Shown one piece after another: positions 13,364-26,904 of a stretch of 64,000 nt of DNA. Below the pieces are notes generated by a model that saw nothing but the letters and a program-made list of their open reading frames with translations, ran no database searches and had not been told where the DNA came from. Each line of letters begins with the position of its first letter. Positions within the stretch are counted from its first letter, which is position 1. Location: positions 5,281,203 to 5,345,202 of the forward strand of contig OZ316896.1 in NCBI GenBank assembly GCA_973895155.1, written 5' to 3'. A program made the position numbers and the translations under genes. This stretch comes from Marsupella aquatica. Taxonomy: Eukaryota > Plantae > Marchantiophyta.

Positions 13364-14404
13364 TCATAAAACATACTCATCATTGAGTAAATCAACTTCT
13401 CCATCAGCCCTAGCCACATTTGCCGATGAAGTTTCCGCTGCCTTTCCCTTACAGTCTCGCTTGAAGTGTCCAACTTGGTTGCACTTCCAACATGTCACCT
13501 GCCTCCTCTGAGGGGATTTTCCCTTGGACTTAGATCTGGATTTAGATCTAAACTGGGTTCTACGGTCCCCAGTTGGTCGCTGCATACTCCTCCCACTGTT
13601 AACATTGAGGGCAGCAATAGATGATGAAGGCTGTGACGTGATGTGCATCTTCTGCTGAAGATCATCACTAAGCAGAGAACTTACCACGTCATTGTATGAA
13701 ATGGTATCCCTATCACGATGCAACAACACTCGTGATAGGGACTGGTAAGATGGAGGCAATGAACTAAGAAGCTGTAGAGCCTTCGTCTCATCATTCAAAG
13801 TCTCCCCAAGGTTTTCCAAGTCAACGACCATGTCGTTGAAAGCATCCACATGGTCTTGCAACTTCGTACCGGATTCCTTCATCCTGAAACTCATCAGTTT
13901 GTAGGAAATGTAGAGCCCGTTCGATAACTCCTTGCAGTGATACTTGCTCTGCAATTCCGCAAACAAGGACATGCAATCCTTATGTGCACCCAACTGCTTG
14001 ATGATGGGAGGCATGAGATAGAGTGTAACACACCACACTCCCTGCTCCTGCATGCGGTCCCATTGTTTCTCATCAACATCGTCTTCACGAGGGCTCAGCA
14101 GTTGGCCCATCCCTGACGCATAGAGCACTCCCTTCACCTGCTTCTCCCATAGCAAGTAGTCAGAGCGCCCATCATACTTTGTCACTTCATACTTGGGTCC
14201 CCCAAGCTTGAAAGTTCCCATCTTCTTCTTTGGCACTACCGTGAGCTCCGGTAGTAGTACTGCTTCCTCCACCACACGCCGCACCGGTGATGGTATCGGT
14301 GTCACGTGCTCTTCCTCCTGCTCCTCTCTCTGCTCCTGAAACCTCCGCGGTGATCCTCGTGCTTCAAGTTCCACGTCTTCGAAAAACTCCTCCGAATCAC
14401 TCAT
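13364..14404 (-). CDS. gag: Copia gag (346 aa) with CCHC zinc knuckle
   Basis: YDGRSDYLLWEKQ and LLSSLPPSY gag motifs, and the knuckle CWKCNQVGHFKRDC. Confidence 0.9.
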   Translation of the reverse strand: MSDSEEFFEDVELEARGSPRRFQEQREEQEEEHVTPIPSPVRRVVEEAVLLPELTVVPKKKMGTFKLGGPKYEVTKYDGRSDYLLWEKQVKGVLYASGMGQLLSPREDDVDEKQWDRMQEQGVWCVTLYLMPPIIKQLGAHKDCMSLFAELQSKYHCKELSNGLYISYKLMSFRMKESGTKLQDHVDAFNDMVVDLENLGETLNDETKALQLLSSLPPSYQSLSRVLLHRDRDTISYNDVVSSLLSDDLQQKMHITSQPSSSIAALNVNSGRSMQRPTGDRRTQFRSKSRSKSKGKSPQRRQVTCWKCNQVGHFKRDCKGKAAETSSANVARADGEVDLLNDEYVL

Positions 14405-15542
14405 ATGAGAAAATCACAAAAAATGTTGTTTTTCACAACTTCTCAAAAAACTCGAAACTCAACACCGCCGCGTAGCCACAAAGCTAGGAGTCCAATACTG
14501 AAAACCGAAATCAAAATCGAAATTTGACGGAAAAGTTATTCAAATTTCAGTCGAGGTGGGTAAAACCTTGGGAAATTCCCCCGTTTTGACCACCTCAGGG
14601 AATAATCGAAATACCAAGTACAACCCGTTATCGGAATTGCGATGTGATTGGTGCGCCGCGTTGCCAACTTCAATGGCTACGACCTCGCCGAAAAATAACC
14701 AAAAAAGTTACCATTCGGTGAATGAAATCTTTGTCGGACGGTCAAAAAATAGCTATCTGGTTTTTTGGAATATTCTATGAGCCTTGTACAGGCCCTGTGG
14801 GAATTTTGGAAGAACAATCGATGGGCTGACATGTGTCCTCGAACCCCCAAAACCCCCTACCACCCTTCGTCGTCGAAATCTGGTCGCGCGCGCAGAAAAT
14901 ACACACGGCAGAATGTACCCCTCGACACCAAACGCAAGATATCTCACTCGGGTTTTGACGAAATCAAGATCTGATTTCAGATTTGGAAACTAGACTCCGA
15001 GGCGGTGAAGATCGATATAAGAAGCACCCAAAACGAGGAAAGAACGAGGGAGAAAAAAATTGGTAAAGATGACAGATTTCTCTCAATTGCCATAGCCAAT
15101 TTCGAATCAGTTTTTCAAAGAGAAAAAAATGGTACCTTGTCAACAACGAATGTTGATCAATTGCACTTGGTGCCGTCACCAAGTCCAACAAGGTAATTGA
15201 TTTTGCTTAGCCTTCCTCTTTGCATCAAAGAGCCAATCCCGGACTCAAAACAATTGTCTTGCCTCAATCTCTCCGTTGAGTCAAAACACTTGACGCTTCT
15301 CCCTCCGAGTCGATTGCCAACTTTCTTCACAAAATCCAGAATGACGAAAACTTAGATCTCTTTGCACCACGAGCTCCGTTCAGCGATTTCTTCACACCGT
15401 TAGAAAGCTCTTGCCCTGATCTATCCGTTGAGCCCATAAACTCCAAGTTCCATGCGACGGAACTCTGGGAAATCCACCGACACTCAACGTTGGAAAAACC
15501 GTCATGAAATCCCGTCACGAACACACGTCACCTCCCAAGCAT

Positions 15543-15554
15543 GCTCTGATACCA
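15543..15554 (-). promoter_or_regulatory. Primer binding site complementary to tRNA-iMet
   Basis: Minus strand reads TGGTATCAGAGC, 2 nt inside the 5' LTR boundary. Confidence 0.92.
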
Positions 15555-15556
15555 AT

Positions 15557-15931
15557 TGTTGAGCATAGACGACGATCGCAACGGCAAGCCCATGAACCAT
15601 CCAACGCACAATAGTCGACACAAGAGATACGTGATTCACCTCCTTGAGGCTACGTCCACGGGAACACACAAGAGAGCTTTACTGAACTCTAAGCCCGTCG
15701 GCTATACCGAGTCTCCACAGTGTAAGCTCTCCCTATCTCTCAAGTGGCTCCATAACAATGAGCCTTGGTTCTACCTCTCCAAGCACACATGCCTCTTATG
15801 ATATAGTGTGCAACTTAGTTGTACCTAACCACATAGTTGTACCTAATCACGTAGTTGTACCTAACCATGTAGTTGTACCAACCCACGTTGTTGGTCATAC
15901 CTAACCTAGATGTAAGAGTAAATACCCAACA
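15557..15931 (-). repeat. 5' LTR of copia element (375 bp)
   Basis: Runs TGTTG...CAACA. Differs from the 3' LTR by about 4 transitions, two missing 18-bp units and a ~10-bp indel. Confidence 0.95.
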
Positions 15932-18025
15932 GAAAAGTAGTGACTATGGTTGTGCTTAACTTGAACGGATGGTCAGATTGACAATGAATGGCAAGATATG
16001 AGAGTACTAAAGTCAATCTGTGGAGAAGCCTGTCAATGCTTTGACACTGAGATATGAAACAAAAGCCCGGATATATGGACCGAGACATTGTCCCTGCCCA
16101 TCCCCATGGACTGCATAAAGCTAGGGATAGTCGCTTTTACACCAAAAATAGGAACTGGTTGCGGATTGCAGTTGACAACTTTCACTACCTTGGGGAGAAA
16201 GTAGTCAAGACGTCATGGTGATCCTGAGTAATTAACAACATAGATTCAAGATAATCAAGTTGTCAAATTATCGAAAAAATCGGTTAGATAATGTAATTGA
16301 AACTGGCTGCAAACAGTAAGGAAACCATTTGCAGTTCACATTTCAATCAATTGTAAATATTATTAGCTGAGTCAGTTTATTAAATGTTCTGAGCAATTCC
16401 TTTACTAGTCCATCTATTCGTAAGAGCTAGACAAAGTGGAGGTCCATCTGGCAGGCCTTGGTTTTTTGAGATATGTGATCGAGTTGGAATTCTTTTTCAA
16501 ACCCTTTCATGTATTTCATATTCCTAACAAAATGCCTTTCCACAAAAATTGCTTTCATTAAAGACCTAGTGCTTGCAAATGTGGCCAAGTAACCTTCCTG
16601 TTAGTTTCTTGATCATTACTCTTAGTTACTCCACCTGTAAACTTTGCTTTGAACACTCCTAGATATATATGGATGAAGTACATTATTTAGAAAGTGCTCT
16701 AAATTTCAAAAGCTATCGTTCAATGCATTTTTGCATGGAACCTTCCCTTTCTTGGAAACTTCAGTTTTTCAAACAAGGTTAATTAATATGTAAAGGACAT
16801 GACAGTAGGGCTGAGTTTTAGGGTGGCTTTACAAAAACTTGGGGGCAACATGCACTCCTTTTTTTCCATGTGTGAGATGCAATCCTAGCCATCATATGTG
16901 GGAACGGCCACATGTCACTTTACATGAACTTGGGAGCAGAATCAAGCAAAACTATTGTCCAACCTAGTCATCTGTCAGTGGGCCCCTTGTGAGCCCCTTT
17001 TTCTGGTGATGTGTGCATGCTTTTAAAATTGACCTACTATTGAAGTGGTCTAAGCCACTAGAGCAAACTTTTTCAGCAAATTGCATTCATTATTTCCAGC
17101 CTGACACATTTTGGCTAAGACATTCTAAATTTTGTAAGGAAGTAGCCATCATGCAGCTTTGCTTTTGGACGGAGAGACTATGCATGGCCCCCACCGTCCT
17201 TGGGGGTTTCACTTCAATCCACAAAAATAGCAACAAGAATAAGGTTGTTTTATTGGTTCTAAACATAAATTTTAGAATTTTCTTAAAACAACAATAGAGC
17301 TCTTTAAATCCAATTATGAGACTTAAAAGTCCATAAGTGACAATATAATTATTTCTGGATATTCCAAGATTTGATATTTTAACTTTATAGGGGTCAAAAA
17401 ATGAATAGGGGTCTGAGGCCTAAAAAAGTAGCATGTGATAGGGATGTCTCCATATAGTGAGACCTCGGAGCCACCACCAAGCAAATCCCTCTCTGTACCG
17501 CCTATATACGTGGTTTACTCTAGAGCTATACCAAATCTTTCTGCTTAGTGGGGCTTTTGTTATTTGTTTCTTGGATCTTTTGCAGTCTTCGCTCAAGTTT
17601 TTTGGGTTTTGGGGGACCTTTTCCCTTGTTTTCTCCCTAGTCTCTTGTGGTGGGGAAATATATATATAAAGAGCACCCAACCTGGAGACAAATCCCGGTC
17701 GGGCTTTTGAGGGTATTCTGTCTCTTGTCTTTGGTATTCTGTCTCCTGGTTTGGCGCATTTTGTTCTCACCATTGTGATGTGTAAAAATAGTGTGAAACT
17801 GGTCAGGGGCCTTCTGTGCTTGGCGCTGTGATATATAAAAATAGTGTGAAACTAAGGAAAGTCGCTTGTCTGAATTAATGGCGATGGAACGGTCTGACCT
17901 GATACTCTGGTCCCTAGCGTCAACTCGAAGATCATTCCGTGTTAGTACACCGCCAGTACTACAAATCTGAAGATGCACAGCAGCTACGGTACTGTAATGT
18001 GCTTCTGCACTGGAAGAGTCGACCT

Positions 18026-18060
18026 GGGATGGGATGGGATGGGATGGGATGGGATGGGAT
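18026..18060. repeat. (GGGAT)7 microsatellite
   Basis: Seen directly. Confidence 0.9.
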
Positions 18061-18287
18061 TGGATGTTAGTCATAATACAGTGGACACCAGGTTCAGTGG
18101 CTTTCTTCCAGATTGATGGCAGTAATGATTAGACATGATAAAAAGACAGACACGGTCGTCTAGCTTAGCGGCTAAATGATCGATCGACTCAGTACCGTAT
18201 CAACTGCTTTCAATTACACAACGTACGCTAGCGTTCAAGCTTGTCGAGGGTCCACCCCCTCCCCTACCATTTCATTCCCATTCCGTT

Positions 18288-18312
18288 CAGTCCAGTCCAG
18301 TCCAGTCCAGTC
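18288..18312. repeat. (CAGTC)5 microsatellite
   Basis: Seen directly. Confidence 0.85.
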
Positions 18313-21300
18313 CCTGAATTGATGAACAACCAGAGATGATGGGAACTGAACGGACCACTGTCTGAGAAGGGTAGCTTTTAATTTTGAAGACTGTGGGTCG
18401 ATCGATCGCAGACTAGAGTAGGATGAGGCTAGCTAGCCAGGCTAGGAGGGGACCACAATGTCCATCAATATGTTACGAAGTACTTGCTGTAGAGCTAGCC
18501 ATCATGGCGGCTAGGAGATTACCGTAGACAGAAAGTAAGTAGTTAGATTATGAGAGTTCAAAACATGCTCAGCTCTTGAAGAGCTGAAGACGATGTCTAG
18601 TAAGAGAATGTTGAAGTACCTAGACGTCCACCTCACATATATGTGCCTCGCGGCAATCTCGGTTCCGTTTGACTACAAGGGGAGGAGATCCGGGAAGAAG
18701 TTAGTGCAGGATCAGTTGGGGAAAGCACAAAAGGTCGCAGTACGTTGAATTGCTGACAGATCTGTTCTAGAATTCTCATGGAAGAGTCATTTATTGATGA
18801 GGAAAGCGCAAACTCTGCAACATTTGTCCCTCCCAAAGCGACCTCACAACGCTAGCTATGGATCATGGATCCTGCGAAGAGAAAGGACAGCATGATCATG
18901 CACCAGGACCTCGACCACCAGGACAAGAACCTGGTAACGAGGACATAGATCAGTTAAACAATTCGTATCCTACGGTAGGTCTAGTGTACCACATGGTCGA
19001 TGACAGGAAAATTCTTGGTTTTGACGGGGGTTTTGAGCTGCCATTTGGCACCTCGCACGCAGAACGCAGTTTTGCCAAAAGCCTTCTCGATCAATATCTC
19101 GACAACACAAGTCGTCCATATTCAAATGAACGACCGGATTAGGAGATTCTGACAGTACTGTCGTTTTCTAGATATACACGGTGTGTAAATCTTGAGTTGT
19201 TGCCGGGCTTAGCGTATTCCTGAAGATTGTACAAAATTCTCTCATAATTCCATGGCTGACAAAACGGGGATTGCAGATCGATCCTGCCTTCAAATCAATC
19301 CAGCAGTGCACTCCAAAGTGCAATTAACTTCGCTCTCTCCCCTAGCCATGATCCTGCTAGTTTTAAGCAAGCCAAGCCAAGAACAAGACCGATTGAAACG
19401 TGATGAGGTGTTCGAAGCAAGTACAAGAAATGATCCTTCCGAGAGAAGACTTTGTCGAGTTAGGTGTACGTAAGCAGTCTATAATTATACGCTGGACAGA
19501 AGAGCAGATAAAGGCAGTCTGATGTGAGAAGTAGGGCGGGACGGTCCAGCCAACGGTCAGCGTGCATGCATCAGCTGGTCTGCCTGCTGCCTGCACGGAA
19601 TGGCCTAATCGAGTGAGGGCTCTTTTGTGTCTAGTGTTCACGAGACACCCACTGTGGCACGCCAGACTGCTGCAGGGAATCGATAATTGACTTGATAGTC
19701 TGTTGATGTCCTTAACTCTTGAAATCCCCTGGGGTGGAACCATGAACAACGAAGATGTGGACTACAAACAAAGGAAGCGCCATTTTCCAAGGCAACCCTA
19801 CTTAGCTAGGCAGCCCCTTGCGGTAAACAGCCACTGACCGACTCCAGTCTTGGAAGAATTCATATTCTACTGTTTAACTAACTGTTCTAGTATGCACTTG
19901 CATAGGGGAACAGACCGCGGAGTGTAGACTGATCCACATCTTCGGATTGGATTATTGTGGATTGTCTATACGCTCCCCATCGGGAGACAGCTTTGCGGTA
20001 TCTTCGATTCTTGTCGTTTGACTTGGGGAAATTTCCACTCCCGGTCCTGTGAATGAATGATGGAAGAGAGGCGGAGAGAACAAAAACTCTCGATTCATTA
20101 TGAATGCGATCATCATTACTGGACTTCCCCAGACTGAGGCAAAGAAAAGGAAAACTCTCATTGCATGCATGCTGTTCCCGTTTGAACCAGACAAAAAGGA
20201 GGCACCATATCCGAGGAGGAAAGAAGGGAGGGGGCGCTTCAAGGTGGAAAGGCAAGGATAGGAAAGGAGAAAGGAAAGCATCTGTTAACGGAAAGAAAAG
20301 ATGATTGTCAGTTTTTATCTAACTCAAGTAGCAAAGTGAGTGGATTGAAAGTCAGAATCGAGTCAGGTAAATGGATTCCGTATGTACTTGCACAATCAAT
20401 ACTTTGCTGTACGCAAAACACTCATGTGAATGGTGTACTGAACTCCCACAATCAGTACTGTTCGCGCGATGAGTCTCATCAAAAGGTCGAGGTTATTGTT
20501 GCCCATGCGAACTTTTTCCGAAACTTATAACTAAAGCTCGAATAAGATTTTGTGAGAATTGGGAAACTCCCCTCAACCACGTGTTGGCAAACCACATGAC
20601 TGCTAAGTTAAACCACGATTGCAAGTTCTGCCAGGATTGGTGACTGCCCTGAACCCGGTATCATCCTCATCTGCATCCAAGCCAAAGGAGTTCACGGGAA
20701 ATAAACAAAGAAAATTCTCAGCTACAACATGTCTTTGCTTAAGAAATTGAAGCAAGTTATCAACAGGAACGATAGAAGAGGATTGATTTTCTTCTAATTA
20801 CTAAGAGCTGGTAGAATGCTGAATGAGGTGAAATTAGTAGACACCACATTTGGCCCAAAAAGCTGCAAGTGTAGGGGATCCAAATTGTGTGGGGAATCTA
20901 GAATGGCTAATTCTGTTCCAAGCATACATTTCTTTGTGGATCTAGGTGCCTCAGTAAATTGTTTAACCTGAAAACAAATGTGGCCAGGTTTGAATCCATT
21001 CCCACATGGCTAAGTAGCAATCGCTGAGTATTGTAATCGTGAAATTTTCAAGCAAAACAATGTCTGAGGTACTCGTACTTAATTTGTCGAAAATGGTTGT
21101 CCAGGAGTGTTCCTCTAATGCGGGAGTATGGGCTTGAGATGCTTCGCATCTTTTATTCTGCTTCGATGATAAGGGTGATTCAGAGTGAGAAATGGGCTAA
21201 AGTCACGATTGTCTTACAATCTCTGACACCAATTTTGTGTGACGATATCTTCTACACGGCAACAAATATAAGATCTGGCACAAAACCCAATGACTGTATA

Positions 21301-24300
21301 CGTCAATGTATCCTTGCCACGACACATGTAAGAAAACATAGAAGTCTAAGTAAGATGGCTGCTCTGATTGTTGGCAACATCAGTACCTGGTCTTCTTGGA
21401 TCTGAACAGAGTTTTGGATACCTTTCTTAGGAGTGTTAACTTGGACGAGAAATTTGCCAGGAAGGGCGAAACATCTAATGTTCCACGATGTTCAGCCTCA
21501 TTTAGTCACTGTACTTCAAATCTTTGGTGGATTCAACTCCGAATCAAATTTTGGGGATCGTGGAGGTTTTCCTTACAGCCCCAAGACCTTGAATTGACCT
21601 AACCAAAGCGTCCGTGTGAAGTAGGTTTCGGGAGACTCGTTGGAACATCCAATCTTCGAGGGCATAATCTCAGTGCTGGCATTTTTTACGAAGGGTTTCT
21701 AAGCTCAAACAGTGCCAGGGCCAGAGGCCGTGGGGACTGTGCTGTGGGGCTGGTCAACTTTCCAATGTATCGGAAAGATTTTCCGGTGTCAATCCTTCTT
21801 TGCCGAGTTTTTTCTTCAGGCTAGTCGAATAAATGATTGTCCTTATAAAATGATCTTGTAAGCCGAAATTCAATGACATTATAGATTTGAAAACTAATTC
21901 ATAATATGGAGGTTAGGCTACCATATTGTGTACAGGCTCTGTTCAAATTTTGATTGTATGCTTAAGAAAGCAGAGTAACCATGCTGTATTTCGACTCGCC
22001 CCTATATTGATCATTGTTTCCGAGCTGATTTATCTTTGGAATCCAAAACTAGCCTTGCTCTCAACTAGTCCCTTAAAAGTCTCACCATAATGCTGATCGA
22101 ATCATGATACCAAATCGAAATCTCTTTCAAACCCACTTCCATATAAACTTGGGTAACTACTGATTCACTTGATACAGCTGGGACAATGCTGTTTGAATTT
22201 GTTTGACAATGTGGAGATCAAAAACGGATGGAAAGTAACAACCGCCTTACCAACACTTTTGGGCCTTTCTCTATCTCTCTCCTCAGATTTAGTGACCGGA
22301 ACACACTGCGATGGGCATTCACACTGTTTATTTATTCACATTCGCATGGGAACAACGGGTCACTGGATGAATCGTTGAATTGACTCAAGCTGACCGATGA
22401 AACACATGAAACTCACAGGGAGAAAAGAGACTAGCGCTCTAGCATGATTACAAGGCTCTTCTCAATTTATGGGCGATGGATGTCATTAATTACTCTTCTC
22501 TCCCCCACCAGACTGTCCAACGGCTCGTTGGGTTCATAAGAATATGAGGAACATGAGGGATTTCCCATTTCAGCCTAACGGTGGCTTTGCTCTTGCCATG
22601 ACGCACTCGAAGTTCACCAGCTCCTGTTTTGGGACCAAATGAATGTCTGTCGTGTAACAGCATCTGCTGCCGAGGTAGGTACCGATTTGACTGGTACTCA
22701 AAGTCTACATTCTACTTCAAAGATTCTCTAATGGATTCTGTTCAGGTAAAGTAAGACGAGCATTGAAAACTTGAAGAAACTATGTAGACTATTGCTATAA
22801 GGATACAGTTGGGTCGCCAAACGATTCATACCCTTCATCTCTTCATTCAATCTGCCACAAAGACAAGAAGTTTCAGTCAGATTTCTTGGCCAATTATTGT
22901 GGTTTCGCTATCTCAATGCAGTTGAGAGTGCTCATAAGGTTTTTGCCTCACAAGTTGAGCAAAATTATTAGTTTTTAAAAGAGGTAAACTGTATTGAAAC
23001 CGTATGGGTTGTGAGAGTGAAACTACAATACACAGCTGGATGGACAAGCGGGACGTCAGCCATCGAATTGGTTGCTGAAAGGAAAGAACATCTTATGTGA
23101 TGAACTAGACTATCTACGTAACATCTGATTTCTGTAGAGCTGAGTGTGCAGCAAGTTCATGACAGAAGTCGGCGTTCTCACAACAATGATGATGTATGCG
23201 AGAAAGCGCCACATACGTAATTGAAACAACTTCTACAAAAAGATCCAACGCCAACACTTTTGGGAATTTGTTAACAAGGTCTTTTGAACAGAACATATGC
23301 CTGCTTTATGCCAAGCTCAAACAAGAGGGGCGGCGGGGAACTCATTCGTGCATTCTGTGAACTACATGAGCAGGATTGCCTCTTAATTTATCTATTTGGC
23401 AGTTCCGTCTCGTCAGAAAGTGTCCCTTCAAGTTTATCACCCCCTAAGTTCTTTCTCAGGAAAACGAATGGGAATTTTTTCTCGAATCGGTGAATGGGCA
23501 GCTGTACACAATCATTACAATCATACATGCCCGCAAGTTCGAGGATGCCAACTATTTTCGAAAACAAAGGCGAGGTTGTAATGAGGTTGTACTCAGACAC
23601 GCATTTAAGAAACGATTTCCTTTCGTTGCTGAATCATTGGCTGTCACACTTGACAAAAAATAGAATTCTCAAAAGTCCATTTAAGATCGATAAACAATGG
23701 TACCGCATACTCTCCAGCTATAACAGAAGGCAAATAGTTACCTGCTAATAAACAGTAAGCATTCCTGTTGAATTGAGATCGCCACGTGACATCGGCTACT
23801 GTCATGATGTTAGAAAACAGTCTGTCACAGGTCGCAACCCGCCTTTAAATTCCACTGATATAAAATCATTTAGGGGGATCCATCAGTCATACTGAAGAAG
23901 CTTACCGACATCTTGCACTTACACAGCAGCTTCAGTTTCAGAGCGCATGTGCTCAAGTGAGCTTCTACTAACCTACAAATCACGGTTCCGAGGTAAACTA
24001 CTAGTACCTACGGTATTTGATTTACTTCCCGACCTTGAAATCCTCCAAAAGCAAACTTTAAGACATACAAACTCGTTGTCCTGAACCCCTCGCACATTGG
24101 TTAAATTATCGGTGCATAAAATAATTTTTCAGTTCACGAGCATATCCCTCATACCTTGTACCCTTACGTCCAAGGTACACCACTATTTCAAGGTCTGTAA
24201 ATATAGTGGAGATTCTCCAGCTTTGGCACCTATCTATCGGGTGGCAGATATCCCAATCTAAGGAAATACAGTGGGCGGAAGTTATTGGAGAACCAACTTC

Positions 24301-26000
24301 TGCCAAGAGAGCTCTTGGCGGTGGGGTGACAAGGAGCAGGTTGGCCCCCGTATACTCTTTTACCTGTATCTATTTGGCAACCACTGTGAACAAGGCTTAA
24401 TACTCTCTTGACCCTGACCCTATTCCTTTGCCACTCCATGAATCTCTCTCAGGCGTGCATGCGTCACCAACACTCGAGCCAGCCCAATGGAGGCTGAATG
24501 CTATCCATACATTTTATTATCCTGCTATTCAATTTCAAAGTGCTGGACACGATGTTCATGATGTAAATTGACATGCAAGAGCCCATGCTGGGGACTGGGG
24601 GGCAAGAAAGGAAAGGTACTAACCTAAGACAAAGCAGACTTGAGAAAAGATAGCGGAGCAGTCAGATTCGTGGTTACAGCCCGAGCATCATCTTCAACAG
24701 CATCTCCCAATTTTAGCGTCGATTGCAGGCTATTACTTGGAAGTCCCTCTAGTCGCTGGCTGTATTCCCATAAAGATTCAGTATCGGTCCTTCCCCCGAT
24801 CGTCCCTCACAGCACTGTAATCTAAGTCTACGGTAGCTTCCTCCTCTGTCCTTAACATTCCATCTTCTGCTGCCCCTGTATCCAAAATGGCTATCCTGTC
24901 GATACAAGGCTCTCCTTCAGCGGCATACTCTACCAATTCATTGCCTTGGGCTACATCAAATGCAGACCTAGATTGAGAAGTGGCATCTCCGTCCGCGTCA
25001 TCTCTTTTCCGACTCCCATCCTCCATCCTCCCTCCTCGGTCAGCTACACCCAGCTTCAAAAAGCAGCCACAAAAATAGCACAAGTCGCCCAAAATCTGCC
25101 CATAATTCTTAACACCTTCCCACTAATCGTCTCCCAGCGCCCAATCCAATCTTGAATCTCAACATGTCCTTCTCCACATGATGCAAACCAATTACTTCCT
25201 GTTAGAACCTGAAACGACCATGAATTGGCTCTCTATACAACCCCACAGTAATGTAGGCAGCTTCCCCAAGCTTACCATTTCTGTGTCCAGTTGTCAAGCA
25301 GTTTTCCATCGTTCTTCGCACCCTGAAGTTGATGGTCTTCTTCTTGACTTTGAAGTAACTGATCTGTCACAGAACGATCTGTCTGGGAGTAGCCATTGCT
25401 GCGGGAATCGTTGGGCTTCCTGAACCCTTTATTAGAGCAACTTCTCCTGACAGGTCCCGTCCAACAATGCGTTCAACACTAAGACTGATAGTTCCACCTT
25501 CATTGACGATCCCTTCCTTTGCAATCCGCAACTCAGCGACATTTGTGCTCAAGGTGAATAATCAGAAGGCTCACCGCTAACACCCTCAGCTACTGGAGGA
25601 GTAACAGATGCCTTCGAATCCCTTCAAGATTTTTTGTGCCTTACGGAAGAGAATGCCCATCACAGGTTATGCAAGATTTGCCTCGCCCTCTCGTCATGCG
25701 ACTGCATCACTGAATTGGATGCTGGTAGTATTGCTAAATTGTATAAACAAGAATCGCCATCATCAATTCTCTGAAGGGCAAACTCTGCCGACCCATCACA
25801 AAAACCAGAAAGATTGCAAGCATGGGCGTTGAACTCTGACAGGATACTCTGTCTTCTCTTGTGTTTGAATGCTATCTTTAGTTAGAGTTCTCTGGACATT
25901 TGTTTTACTCGTGTAAAATGCTGTTGGTGTAAGTCTGAGCACTCACCACATGTCATTGTCTTAGACACCCCTTGGGGCACTTGTGATTTTTTTTTATTCT

Positions 26001-26215
26001 TGGAGAGCTACATTACCTCTCTTGTTCTAACGATACACTCCAGAATCCAGACCAAAAATATTTGCAATAAAGTTCAATAAATGCAAATACCTTCAATGAA
26101 GGAGACAGTTCTGGAGAGCTACCTCTCTTGTTCTACCGATAGACTCCAGAGTCCAGACCAAAAATATTTTGCAATAAAGTTCAATAAATGCAAATACTTT
26201 CAATGAAGGAGACAA
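26001..26215. repeat. ~110-bp tandem duplication
   Basis: TGGAGAGCTAC...CAATGAAGGAGACA occurs twice (~26001 and ~26112). Confidence 0.85.
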
Positions 26216-26356
26216 AGTTTGGAAAGTAATGTTTTGACCACCTCCGAAAAATGACGCTCAGATGGACCATACTCTTGAACCAAGTAACCAATATGGAGCA
26301 TGACACCTTTTCCACCGGCAACACCCTTAACAGTTCCCAATCATTTTTAACAATTG

Positions 26357-26601
26357 TTTTTTTTTTTTTTTTAGTTTAGCAGCAAAGCTTGACCTGCAAT
26401 TTCAATATTTGCCTTGGTATCCAGCAGAATTGGCTCTTCTTGGGCTAGTTGGAAGGGTCTTGGAAAGACCATTTCAACTAGACTAAGCTCTCTAGTTTTC
26501 AGAAAGAATTGAATGTTTCTAAATGTAACTCTCATCCCCAAGTATTTCACACTTAGAGCCAACTCGGATGTAGCAGCCCTCAACATTGTGACCCTCAGCA
26601 C
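26357..26601 (-). mobile_element. Possible 3' end of a retroposed or LINE-like fragment with poly(A) tail
   Basis: A minus-strand 76-aa ORF has its TAA stop merged into an A16 tract (T16 at 26357-26372). No TSD found. Confidence 0.3.
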
Positions 26602-26904
26602 TCACAAAAAAGTAGTTTTGTTGCCCTCTAAAAGTGTCAAGTGCACAAGGCTGATTGTGTCCCTCCGTTGTCGCTACCCCTGAAGCTTACTCGGTGCACT
26701 TTGTTTTATGACAAAGTTCGAGGCCAGGACCTTTCCAGACCTTGCCCTTGGAACTCCAATTTTTTAAGGCCTGGCACAGGTGGCGGTTCAGGCATGTAAC
26801 TATTGCTCATTTATAGGCTAGCATGAGTCAGGTTGAGGGTTGAAATCTTCAGGGCCACTCATGCAAGCTGGCTCTTATTGGCAGCAAACTTAGACATTTC
26901 AGAA

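Larger units (their letters stand above)
9483..15931 (-). mobile_element. Full-length Ty1/copia LTR retrotransposon (Tork/Tnt1-like), inactivated by in-frame stops
   Basis: Two near-identical TG...CA LTRs and a 5-bp TSD GAAAA (9478-9482 and 15932-15936). tRNA-iMet PBS and PPT are present. Domain order is gag-PR-INT-RT-RH. Confidence 0.97.

Noticed and set aside
20936-21005. tRNA- or SINE-like segment with B-box-like GGTTTGAATCC
   Set aside because: No cloverleaf, anticodon arm or convincing A box could be built.
24640-25830. Trp-rich fragments suggestive of a decayed LINE
   Set aside because: No diagnostic RT or endonuclease motif is readable.
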